64,000 nucleotides of DNA from positions 64,001-128,000 of the forward strand of contig JBEKIG010000011.1 of NCBI GenBank assembly GCA_050011875.1, written 5' to 3'. How positions within the stretch are numbered: position 1 is the stretch's first letter; the number at the start of each line of letters is the position of its first letter. This stretch comes from Nitrososphaeria archaeon (GTDB taxonomy: Archaea; Thermoproteota; Nitrososphaeria; JACIWG01). Of this stretch, positions 40,222 to 49,889 are shown one piece after another. The notes under the pieces were generated by a model, which saw only the letters and a program-made list of their open reading frames with translations, was not told the origin of the DNA and searched no databases. A program made the translations under genes and the position numbers.

Positions 40222-41784
40222 ATGGCAAGTGACACGACAAGTATTCAAAACCAGCAGCCCTCTAAGATGAAGAAGACCCTGAGCCTTGCAGGTTTAACGA
40301 TTAATGCCATGGCTTTAATAGCTCCAGGTGCGTTCTTGTGGATCACAATCCAGGTTCAGGCGGCTCAGAAAGACCCTGCCGGATTCTCAACAGCGTCCGA
40401 CATATGGTTCGGGCTCTTAGTAGCTTTAATCTTATCATTTTTAACCGCTGCCTCGTATGCTTGGCTGTCCAAACGTTATCCAGAATCCGGCGCCGGAAGT
40501 TCATATTATTTTGCTCAAAGAGCCTGGCTTGATCGAGGCAGCAGCAACCGTTCAGCGCGCAACGCCAAATTCGCTGTAGGCTGGCTTTCCCACCTCTATT
40601 ACTGGGTTTACCCAGGCGTGATGGTGGCATTCATGGCTGTCCTATTGTCATGGGTCTTACAGACACTAGGTTTCGCCGTTTCTCCATTCGCCCAGATAGC
40701 GATTGCATTTGCGTTTGCAACCGTAACCGGTTACATAGCCTACCGCGGAATACAGGGATCAACGAAGACAAACCTACTTCTCAACATTGTCCAGCTCACT
40801 ATGCTGGTGGGGGTTACAATAATGGCACTAGCCTATCGTTTCCTTAACCCCAATTTAAGCTTCGAGTTCTCCAACATCGGCAGCATAGTTATTCCCCACA
40901 ACGCTAGCCACGTATTGTTTCAAGCAACTATCGCCATACTTGTATTGGTAGGATTTGAAACAGCCACAGCTTTGACAGCAGAAGCAAAAAACCCTAAGGA
41001 TGTTCCAAGAGCAGTAGTCCTCTCACTCGCAATACAAGGAGCCTTTGCATACCTATTCGCATACTTCGGATTCCTAGCATGGATTTCTAAAGATGGGTTA
41101 GCGGCGGCTGCAGCATCAAGTGCTCCTTATGGAGACATGGTCCGCAATCTTGGAAACGTATTCTTTGGCGGAAACGGTTTCATTCTCATGATGATAGTCG
41201 CAGTAGTCGTTCTTGCGGCAATTCTCGGTACCACTCTCGCTTGCATGAACACAGGCGTGCGAGTTACCTATGCCATTAGCAGCGACACAGAAGTCCCTCG
41301 GCAGCTAAGCAAGATGAACCCACAGTACGCCACTCCAGGAGTAGGGATCTGGGTGATGACTCTGATTTCAGCGATTATCGGTGCCTTCGGTGCCCTTTCC
41401 GTTATAAATTTAACAGCGATTTGTTTACTTTCAAACGTTGGTACTTTCATACTCTACGGGCTGACGAATTTCGTGGCGATGCTTGCCTTTGCTAAAGAGC
41501 GCAGTTCAATCCTAAAACGCCGAATAGTTCCCCTTCTTGGCCTTAGCGCAAACGTCCTGATGCTTGGCGTCGTCGTTTGGCTCGGTTTGCTTGGTGGGGG
41601 AGACTCAGCTTGGGAAGCGTTATTTGCACTGGCTGGCACAGCAATTTGGTTACTTCTAGGCTTGGTATACTTCCGGGTAAACTCGAGAACACAGTCCTCC
41701 CCATTGTTCCCATTCCCAGGCTTGGAGCCAACAAACGACAAGAAAACGAGATACACAACAAGGAAAGATCAAGGGGGATTTTGA
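40222..41784 (+). CDS. APC superfamily permease
   Basis: About 12 TM segments; PESGAGSSYYF, LVGFETATALTAEAKNP, RVTYAIS, YATP. Confidence 0.9.
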   Translation: MASDTTSIQNQQPSKMKKTLSLAGLTINAMALIAPGAFLWITIQVQAAQKDPAGFSTASDIWFGLLVALILSFLTAASYAWLSKRYPESGAGSSYYFAQRAWLDRGSSNRSARNAKFAVGWLSHLYYWVYPGVMVAFMAVLLSWVLQTLGFAVSPFAQIAIAFAFATVTGYIAYRGIQGSTKTNLLLNIVQLTMLVGVTIMALAYRFLNPNLSFEFSNIGSIVIPHNASHVLFQATIAILVLVGFETATALTAEAKNPKDVPRAVVLSLAIQGAFAYLFAYFGFLAWISKDGLAAAAASSAPYGDMVRNLGNVFFGGNGFILMMIVAVVVLAAILGTTLACMNTGVRVTYAISSDTEVPRQLSKMNPQYATPGVGIWVMTLISAIIGAFGALSVINLTAICLLSNVGTFILYGLTNFVAMLAFAKERSSILKRRIVPLLGLSANVLMLGVVVWLGLLGGGDSAWEALFALAGTAIWLLLGLVYFRVNSRTQSSPLFPFPGLEPTNDKKTRYTTRKDQGGF

Positions 41785-41854
41785 TAGCCTTCGATAAACA
41801 TCCTTATTCTTCTTTTGTTCGTGAAAACCATTACAATACGTTTCTTTTTTGGTG

Positions 41855-41890
41855 TACATCTATTTCCCCATTCACTTTCACCATTTTCTA
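41855..41890. repeat. 36-bp exact copy of 31344-31379
   Basis: TACATCTATTTCCCCATTCACTTTCACCATTTTCTA at both positions, same orientation. Confidence 0.92.
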
Positions 41891-42390
41891 CGCGTATATA
41901 AGAGTGGTCAGGAATAGCGCGCGCCTTCACGGGACAAAAAACCGTCGACAAGAGCACTAGCGCCGGTCAAACTACCTGTTGGTCATGCATGCCACATTGT
42001 TGCCCAAGATCGGTTCATTAAGGATCTGGAACAGTTTATAATTGGAAAACCCTCTTAATACTTCACGATTGAAAAAGGAAAATAGTAAATTTAGGATTTC
42101 GCGCTCTTTTTCCCTAAACTGTCCCAAATCTTTTGAGCAAAAAGTGTTACAGATGTTAACCTACAACATTGTTAGGCCTAATGAGTATATCCTGCAAATC
42201 CAAGGCAGTCTGTGCCCTAAATTCGTAAAGCTTGGCGTGCTGAACAAACTTGGCAGAGACATCCCGCAGTCGAAGTAGAACTGGTTGACTATGTGGTCAA
42301 TAGCGCGCGCTGACTCAAATCTTAAATCATCAAAGAATGCGACAGCAAAGGAGAAAAGAAACTTCCAAGAAATCAAGCTAACGTTGACCG

Positions 42391-42660
42391 TTATATTTCC
42401 TCTACACATTTTGGCCCTTTATGAGCCTTGAGAACAATCGAGCTAACCGTGCTTTTAACGCCTTTGATCTTCATTATTTTATTCTTCAGAACCTCCCTGA
42501 ACTCTTCTATATCATCCGCGGAAACCAAAGTCACAATATCTTCTTCACCCGTTACCTCATAAAGCTCTTCGAGATTGTCAAGCAACTTCAAAGACGATAC
42601 AACATCATCCATTTCAGTAGATTCCACGAAGATATCAACGAAAGCTAAGAGTTTTGGCAT
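42391..42660 (-). CDS. Lrp/AsnC ligand-binding-domain protein (copy 2)
   Basis: Near-identical paralog of 38731-39018. Confidence 0.85.
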   Translation of the reverse strand: MPKLLAFVDIFVESTEMDDVVSSLKLLDNLEELYEVTGEEDIVTLVSADDIEEFREVLKNKIMKIKGVKSTVSSIVLKAHKGPKCVEEI

Positions 42661-42805
42661 TTTAGGTCATCATCATTGCAATAAAGGGCATATGGATCGA
42701 TATTTATCCTTTCTAGATACTCTAAGTCTAGGAATTAACAATCTTGCGGCCAATGACTTGGAGATGGATGTTCATTGATTTATAGTTCCGAACCTTTTGG
42801 TTATT

Positions 42806-42822
42806 AATCCCCCTAGGCCCGC
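42806..42822 (+). repeat. Copy of the tRNA-Lys 3' end (att-like)
   Basis: AATCCCCCTAGGCCCGC vs AATCCCCCCAGGCCCGC at 14781-14797; 16/17 identical. Confidence 0.7.
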
Positions 42823-43180
42823 TTCTGCAAACTTCAGAAGAATACAACAAAGGGCTTGTTATGATGGGAAGAAACAAGTTTCTTATCACCATGGAAAATA
42901 ACGGTGCAAGACAGAAGATCATTAACATATGCGATATAGAAAGCCATTTCTCAAGGACGGGGACTTGCAAAACTTCCAAACGGCAAAGTTATAATGGTAC
43001 CTCCAACTTAAGATGCACAACGCTGTTTTATGTCTTTCAAGGGCACACTTTTTGGAAGGCTCCTACCTAAATTTTATGACCTCTGATTGTTTTTAAATAC
43101 CTTTTATTTTTTGGAATTAGTGCAATTAATAGCCTTCTCTGAAACTAGTTTTAGGTAAAAAAAAGAGGGAAGCCTATAGA

Positions 43181-44005
43181 TCACTTTGCGTACGCTTCGA
43201 CAAGGTCACGTGCTGTGATGATACCTACTAGTGCATCGTCCTTCTTGATAGGTAATCTTCTTATGTGCTTTGATGTCATAACGTGAGCAGCTTCATGAAC
43301 GCTTATTCCTGAAGAACCTGTAATAAGTGAGGATGGCGTTACTGAACTTAGCGGCACATCCAAAGTCTTATCCTTTGCCAAGAACGTGGTAAGTAGATCA
43401 CGTTCTGTGAATATGCCAGTCGGTAGTCCTCTGGTAGTTACTATGACACTGCCAACGCGCCTCTGGCCCATCGCCTTAACCACACTAGCAACTGAAGTTC
43501 TCTCATCAAACTCTATAATTTCTTTAGTCATAAAGTCATCGACCTTAAGCTGGGTTTCAGGTGCCTCAGGTAAACTTCGGATAAGATCTGATGCGGTCAC
43601 CATTCCTACAAGTTTTCCGCATTCAAAAACAGCGAGTCTTCCTTTTTTCTCTATCATTATTTGAGCTGCCTCCTTTATCTGAATTGTTGGGCAGATAGAA
43701 ATTAGAGGAAAGGACATAACTTTCTCAACAGCGACTTCTTTCAAATCCATCCCAATCGATAAGACATTACTTAGTAAATCTCTTTCTGTAACTATAGCAA
43801 CAGGTGTAGCATATTTTATTACAATTAAGCTTCCTATATGTTTTTCACCCATAATCTTAGATGCTTCATGCATTGTGGATTCAGGAGTTGTTGTCATAAC
43901 ATCTCTGCTCATAATTTCATCTACCCTTTGATATCTCTTGGACTCCTTGTAAGCTCGATCTAGGACGCTAGGATACTCCTTCCTAAGATCCTTACTCGAT
44001 TCCAT
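43181..44005 (-). CDS. Tetra-CBS domain protein
   Basis: Four CBS repeats (IVTERDL, MVTASDL, IFTERDL, IITARDL). Confidence 0.92.
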   Translation of the reverse strand: MESSKDLRKEYPSVLDRAYKESKRYQRVDEIMSRDVMTTTPESTMHEASKIMGEKHIGSLIVIKYATPVAIVTERDLLSNVLSIGMDLKEVAVEKVMSFPLISICPTIQIKEAAQIMIEKKGRLAVFECGKLVGMVTASDLIRSLPEAPETQLKVDDFMTKEIIEFDERTSVASVVKAMGQRRVGSVIVTTRGLPTGIFTERDLLTTFLAKDKTLDVPLSSVTPSSLITGSSGISVHEAAHVMTSKHIRRLPIKKDDALVGIITARDLVEAYAK

Positions 44006-44317
44006 AACTTTTCTATATTATTATAATTAACAAACTTAAAAAGATTTAATACATTTTTCACCTGAAAGAAGAAACATTGGTTTTACAAAAAAGAACAAAG
44101 GCAAATAGTGGACGAAGTGCTTGACCTTACAGGATTAAAATCCTTAGAATATCGTTTATCTATATAATTAGCTCTTTTGTTATATTAGACCCAAGATAAC
44201 CCTAGGATAAGGAGATAAATTGACAGGGGACAGTCAATAATCCAATAACCCTTTTTCTTATTACAGGCATACAACACTCTTGGAAGATTATTAAGCAATT
44301 TATCTATACCGACATAC

Positions 44318-45064
44318 ATGGAAAGTTTAACAACAGATAAAAACTCTTACGCTGTGGGAGATACGATTTACTGGACGGCTTCAGGTTTAATAGTTGGAGA
44401 ACTTTATACAATTCGTATTGGTTTGCCGAGTGCAACTGCACCGCCTTACTCGATTGTTGCTGACTCTTGGACTGCGACAATAACTTCACAAACAGGCCTT
44501 ATTCCTGTTATAAGCACCATGCAGGGAGTAGCTTCACTCACGTTAGCCATAACCATCGATCAATCCCCAATTGAAACGCTTAAGCTTAATATTACTGTTA
44601 ATCCAGCACCTACGCCTACACCTCCTTCGCCGTTATCGGCTCAACTTCTGACTATAATTTCGCGCATAAGAGTTCTAGTAAAACCTGCTGGAGAGACTCC
44701 ATATATGGTGAATCTTTTGGTTGACCCTCAAACAATACTTTTCGAGACAGAATCAAGCACTACTTCAGATTGGTTTGGCTCATCTTGCATTATAGGTATG
44801 GAGGATAGAGGTTTACCCTACGATAATCTAGGACATGGAGAGTGCACATTCAGAATCTGGTGGGCTAAAAGCCCAAATACAGAAAACTACACGGGGTATA
44901 TGTGGTTCATAGAAATGTGGCCTGGCGGAGTAGATCCAAAAACATGTGAAATATTTGAGCCTTTAAAGAACACTTGGACAGATGTTCTCGATTATGCTCC
45001 TGGAGCGACAATATGGGCTGTCTACAAGGAAGTTCATCCTGACGGGCACATTATGAACCCCTAA
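44318..45064 (+). CDS. Hypothetical two-domain protein with Pro/Thr linker
   Basis: TDKNSYAVGDTI Ig-like start, PAPTPTPPSP linker, Trp-rich C-terminal domain. Confidence 0.6.
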   Translation: MESLTTDKNSYAVGDTIYWTASGLIVGELYTIRIGLPSATAPPYSIVADSWTATITSQTGLIPVISTMQGVASLTLAITIDQSPIETLKLNITVNPAPTPTPPSPLSAQLLTIISRIRVLVKPAGETPYMVNLLVDPQTILFETESSTTSDWFGSSCIIGMEDRGLPYDNLGHGECTFRIWWAKSPNTENYTGYMWFIEMWPGGVDPKTCEIFEPLKNTWTDVLDYAPGATIWAVYKEVHPDGHIMNP

Positions 45065-45282
45065 AATCTACTTATGCTTTTTAACATAATTCCGAATCAA
45101 GAGCATGCGAGACGACACTATCTTCACAAGGTAATCTAATCCAGTCATACAATATATAGAAGAATAAAACGGAACAAGAGACTCAAAGTCAAATAGACCA
45201 TATAAGATGGAGAACGTTATCTTGACAATCTCCATTCTGTAGACAGTAACAGTTTTATAGTTCGACGACAAAATTATAGAAT

Positions 45283-46047
45283 ATGATACGAAAAATAGTG
45301 CGATATGGTTGGATTCGAGATATTCCTGACCAACGGGACTATCTATATGCTGCGCCCCCCGAATTCCTTCTGAAGCTTCCATCTAGTGTTGATTTGCGAC
45401 CACAGTGTCCGCCTGTATATGACCAAGGACAACTTGGAAGCTGTACCGCCAACGCTATTGCGGCTGATTTGGAATTCGACCAGATGAAGGAGAAGCAAGC
45501 GCAGATCTTTGTGCCATCACGACTGTTCATCTATTATAACGAGCGTGTGATGGAAGGAACTGTAGCTTCAGATTCAGGCGCGCAAATCCGGGACGGAATT
45601 AAAAGTGTTGCAAAACAAGGGGCTTGTCCAGAAAATCTCTGGCCATACGATATCACGAAATTTGCCGTTAAGCCTCCCCAACAATGCTACCAGCAAGCTC
45701 TGAAGTATAAGGCGGTCCAATACCAGAGAATCACGCAGATATCTAACCAGCTAAAAGGATGCCTAGCTTCCGGGTACCCATTTGTCTTCGGCTTTACTGT
45801 CTACGAGAGCTTCGAAAGCCCGCAAGTCGCCCAGACAGGCCATGCTCCCATGCCTTCACCTACGGAAACGGTTGTGGGGGGACATGCTGTGATGGCTGTT
45901 GGCTACGATGACTCACAGAACTGGTTTATTATGAGGAACTCTTGGGGAGAAGGATGGGGTATGAAAGGTTACTTCACTCTGCCGTACGCATACTTGATCG
46001 ACCAAAATCTAGCTAGCGACTTCTGGACAATTCGTACGGTATTGTAA
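45283..46047 (+). CDS. C1 papain-family cysteine peptidase
   Basis: LPSSVDLR, DQGQLGSCTANA, GGHAV, RNSWG..WG.KGYF. Confidence 0.95.
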   Translation: MIRKIVRYGWIRDIPDQRDYLYAAPPEFLLKLPSSVDLRPQCPPVYDQGQLGSCTANAIAADLEFDQMKEKQAQIFVPSRLFIYYNERVMEGTVASDSGAQIRDGIKSVAKQGACPENLWPYDITKFAVKPPQQCYQQALKYKAVQYQRITQISNQLKGCLASGYPFVFGFTVYESFESPQVAQTGHAPMPSPTETVVGGHAVMAVGYDDSQNWFIMRNSWGEGWGMKGYFTLPYAYLIDQNLASDFWTIRTVL

Positions 46048-46116
46048 AATCGGGTCGATCTGGAAGAATATAACGCCTAGTTACAAAAATCCGGACAATA
46101 TAGCGTCGTGTGCAGA

Positions 46117-46410
46117 ATGACAGCAGCAACACAGGAGCTTGAGGTGAAGCTGGGAAACCAATTCTTAATCGAATTACCGTCCAACCGAACCACCGGGTAT
46201 AGGTGGGAGGCCCATTACGACGGAACACTTCTAGAACTTTCAGCCTCAAAATATAAATGCGATTCGCAGAAACCAGGGAGCGGCGGAACGGAGTCCTTCA
46301 GATTCAAAGCTAGCAGAAAGGGAAGAGCGCTCATTAAGATGCTCTACAAGAGACCTTGGGAGGAGATGGTGGCAAGAGAAATCCTGTACGAGGTCACAAT
46401 AAAAGATTAG
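46117..46410 (+). CDS. Chagasin-family (I42) cysteine peptidase inhibitor
   Basis: LPSNRTTGYRW, GSGGTE.F.FKA, YKRPWE. Confidence 0.92.
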   Translation: MTAATQELEVKLGNQFLIELPSNRTTGYRWEAHYDGTLLELSASKYKCDSQKPGSGGTESFRFKASRKGRALIKMLYKRPWEEMVAREILYEVTIKD

Positions 46411-46625
46411 AATAAGCCACTGTACTAAGCTAGGAATTCAGCCTGATTGAGGAAAAATTCATGAAGTCTTACTTGTGTATGTGATTTGGGGACTTGATGT
46501 TCTCTCATCTTTCTGGTGAACTTAATTCATTTTCTAATTCATTTTCAAACTTCCAGTCAATATTGACATCAACTGAAATAGCATGAAAAATTGGCTTCTA
46601 AAAAAATGAGAAGGCTTTAGGCTCC

Positions 46626-46964
46626 TTACTGTTCTTCAGTGAGGTCCATAAGCTGTTTTTTATTTAGGCCGACTCCTGGCTGAGCGTCCAATCTTTTGTG
46701 CACTTTGCCTTTTTTGAACAGGATCACAGTTGGATAATAGTCGATGGCGAATTCTTCGCAGACATCGGGTTTGTCATCGATGACGACGCTCAGGCACTCT
46801 TCGGGGTTGCTTTTTGAGTATTCTTCGAAGATCGGCAGAAACCGCTGCGAAAATGGGCACCAGGTTGCGTAGAAGAGAACACACGTTTTTTCTTTTCGTT
46901 CGATTTCGCTTTGGATTGGACTTTTTTGCTTGTTGCCTGATTTGCGTCTTTGGGCTTTACTCAT
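46626..46964 (-). CDS. Thioredoxin-like protein (CxxS)
   Basis: FYATWCPFS, YPTVILFKKG. Confidence 0.85.
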   Translation of the reverse strand: MSKAQRRKSGNKQKSPIQSEIERKEKTCVLFYATWCPFSQRFLPIFEEYSKSNPEECLSVVIDDKPDVCEEFAIDYYPTVILFKKGKVHKRLDAQPGVGLNKKQLMDLTEEQ

Positions 46965-47041
46965 GATTTTTCACCTTTGTTTAGATCTGCTTGAGCGAAA
47001 TAATTGGGTTTTTATTTGTGACTTGTTTTGGCCTGTCTTAT

Positions 47042-47515
47042 TTACAGTAGACCGATCTGCTTCATTAGGCCTACTAGGTCATAGAACAGCCGTTCTTCTA
47101 GGATTTCACCGTTTTTCCAGTGTGCAACTGTGCAGAATTCAACTTTGAATTTTTTGTTGGTTGGGGGAATAGTTTTGCTGTCTGCAGTTTTCATGGGGCC
47201 TTTCATTGTTCCTGTAAAGTCTGCTATGCTGCACGTCCAGTCATCTTGACCAAATGCGATTTTGTAGGGGTTGTTGATTAGGTGGTTGTCTGGAAAGGTC
47301 TTGAAGAATTCCACAGCTTCCAGGTCATGGCTATGCCGCCCTCTTGTAGGTTCGGGCTGACCAGGCCAGTAGACGGCGACGTTTTCGGTGTGACGTTTCC
47401 TGAAGGTCTCCCAAAGGGGACTTCCAGGGCCTGCATTCCATGCGTCGTCTAGCGTCTTCATCAACTGAAGGTTTTCTTTTACACTCATATCGTTTACCTT
47501 AATCTCTGTTTTCAC
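47042..47515 (-). CDS. SnoaL-like ester cyclase
   Basis: DDAWN, FFKTFPD, FTGTMKGP, PPTNKKF, EERLFYD. Confidence 0.88.
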   Translation of the reverse strand: MKTEIKVNDMSVKENLQLMKTLDDAWNAGPGSPLWETFRKRHTENVAVYWPGQPEPTRGRHSHDLEAVEFFKTFPDNHLINNPYKIAFGQDDWTCSIADFTGTMKGPMKTADSKTIPPTNKKFKVEFCTVAHWKNGEILEERLFYDLVGLMKQIGLL

Positions 47516-48015
47516 ATTTAATATTAATAAACTTATGACGAAAGCTTTCCTTCACTTCGACTCTATGAGGCTCGGGATAAGAAGCTTCGACTGGCCGCTT
47601 TTTAGTACTTATAACATAGATTATAGATCAGAAGAAAGTCCAAATGATAGAAAAATAGATAAAAATAACAAGGCCTTAATCAGTCAGAAAGCATATTTAA
47701 GTCCGATGCGTGACAGATCGAAAGTTATAAGCCTTTTAATCTACACTGCCGATCGTAGATAAAGATGCCTCTATCTATAAAAGAAGCCTATGACTCCCAA
47801 ATTATTTTAACAGAAATGGTTCGTATCACACGGAAAATATGCGCCTTTTTTCAGCAAATCCAGTCCCAACAGAAGTTGAATTTCTGTAAGACTATAAAGT
47901 TGATGCGGGGGTAGGTATAGAGGTTTTCTTCTTTTCTTTTGCGTTATGAGTAGCCTAGGTTATATAGTGGAAATCCTTTACCAAAAGACGTTAAAAGAGA
48001 AAAAGGTGTTTATGA

Positions 48016-48480
48016 ATGAGTAAGATAAAGGTCCTTTTCCTCTGTAATCATAATTCAGCACGCTCACAGATGGCTGAGGGCTTGCTGAGGCATCTCTACG
48101 GTGATAGGTACGAGGTCTTCAGTGCGGGTGCGACTCCGACGCGAGTTAACCCCTTAACCATCAAGGTTATGGCTGAAATAGGGGTGGACATTTCAAAGCA
48201 CCGCTCCAAGAGCGTCGAAGAGTTCCGAGATAAAGACATCGACCTAGTCGTATCAGTGTGTGAAAGCAGCGTGAAAGTGATCTGCCCCTTCTGTTCCTCA
48301 CCAATAGTTGGTGATAGACCTGAGATAGTCGGCGAAATATTGCCAAGAGCGAAACACTATCTTCACCGCCCTTTCAGTGACCCATCAGAGGCGGAGGGGA
48401 GCAATGAAGAGAAGCTTACGGCCTTCCGCCGTACTAGAGACGATATTAGGAAGTGGATACTCGACTACTTCACGATTTAA
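48016..48480 (+). CDS. arsC: Arsenate reductase (LMW-PTP fold)
   Basis: LFLCNHNSARSQMAEG, FSAG, DPS, FRRTRD. Confidence 0.88.
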   Translation: MSKIKVLFLCNHNSARSQMAEGLLRHLYGDRYEVFSAGATPTRVNPLTIKVMAEIGVDISKHRSKSVEEFRDKDIDLVVSVCESSVKVICPFCSSPIVGDRPEIVGEILPRAKHYLHRPFSDPSEAEGSNEEKLTAFRRTRDDIRKWILDYFTI

Positions 48481-48760
48481 AGGAACAAGAATGTATTGTA
48501 TAACGTCTGATGTATATATTCTCTCGCTCTCTTTAACCGTAATTATATTATGACAAGAACTTAAATTAAGATAAACTAAGGATTTATCTACGTTCCAAAA
48601 TTCCAAGCTTGAATGTTTAATTTCCATACAACACCTAATAATGTATGATATTGAAGAGCTAGATGAAGTCTAAAGTCTGTCGATATCAACATAGAAGAAT
48701 TCCTAGTTTAAAGGATTAAATATATCTGAGATAATATTATTCAGTTAAAGGGGCAGAAAA

Positions 48761-49369
48761 GTGGCAATCTCAAAAGATGGAAAATTGGACTTGCTATCTG
48801 ATAAGAACAGCGTTTTGGTCCTAGTAGACTATCAGCCTTCAATGTTTAAGAGTGTTAGCTCTGGAAACAAAACTGTAATCAAAAGTGCTGCAATCTGCGC
48901 AGCAAAAGCTGCAAGCATCTTAGGAGTTCCAGTTGTTTTGTCATCGATCAATCCTAAATCAATGGGAGATTTCATTCCAGAAATTGCCAAGCTGTTTCCA
49001 GGGCAGGAAGTGTTTGCGCGGAAGATTCCAAGTTTTGACGCTTTTGAAGACGAGAGGACTTGGAATGCTGTCAAGAAAGTTGGTAGAAGGAAAATAGTTG
49101 TTTCAGGATTGTGGACAAGCATGTGCTTCACATACACCGCCCTCCATGCTTTAAGAGAAGGATACGAAGTTTATGGTTTAATCGACGCTGCAGGTGATTC
49201 TACACCGGACGCACATAAATATGGTGTCGAGAGAATGCTGCAGGCTGGAGTTATCCCAATTACCGTTGAATCACTGGTATCAGAATGGATGCACGACTGG
49301 GGAAATCCAAAAGCAGGCGAGCTTGTTAAAGAAGTTTATTCAAAGTATGGTGCAATGATTGGGATTTGA
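48761..49369 (+). CDS. Isochorismatase-family hydrolase (YcaC-like)
   Basis: LVDYQP, GLWTSMC, DAAGD, ERMLQAG. Confidence 0.9.
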   Translation: MAISKDGKLDLLSDKNSVLVLVDYQPSMFKSVSSGNKTVIKSAAICAAKAASILGVPVVLSSINPKSMGDFIPEIAKLFPGQEVFARKIPSFDAFEDERTWNAVKKVGRRKIVVSGLWTSMCFTYTALHALREGYEVYGLIDAAGDSTPDAHKYGVERMLQAGVIPITVESLVSEWMHDWGNPKAGELVKEVYSKYGAMIGI

Positions 49370-49408
49370 CCTGCTTCTTAAGCTAAAATCTGTCCACGGG
49401 TGAAATGA

Positions 49409-49816
49409 ATGACCTTTGTGAAAGCTGCAAAAACTGTCGATGTTCCCACTGGTAAAATGAAGCATGTGGAAGTTGAAGGAAAAGAGATAATGATTGCTAA
49501 CGTTGAAGGCAAATTCTACGCAGCCAGCGACAGGTGCGGTCACATGAACGCGCGGCTTTCGATGGGCATACTGAACAAGACGATTGTTATATGCTCTTAC
49601 CACTTTTCGAGGTTTGACTTAACTACTGGAAGACTGGTTTCGGGACCGGTTCCAACGTCGACGTCTAGCATTTTGGGTAGCCTACCCGAAAATGTCAAGA
49701 AGATGGCAGAGCAGATGCAGAAGCGGACGGAGGAACTCCAGAGTGCCATTAAAACTTATGATCTGCAAACCTATCAAGTAAAAGTTGAGGGTGAAGACAT
49801 ACTCATAAATGCCTAA
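49409..49816 (+). CDS. Rieske [2Fe-2S] ferredoxin
   Basis: CGHMNARL...CSYHFSRFD..TG. Confidence 0.9.
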   Translation: MTFVKAAKTVDVPTGKMKHVEVEGKEIMIANVEGKFYAASDRCGHMNARLSMGILNKTIVICSYHFSRFDLTTGRLVSGPVPTSTSSILGSLPENVKKMAEQMQKRTEELQSAIKTYDLQTYQVKVEGEDILINA

Positions 49817-49889
49817 GGGTAGTGTCTCCTAGTTAATATCGAAAAACACTTAAACGGAAGCGTGCGCGATTTCATTTGATCATCAATAT

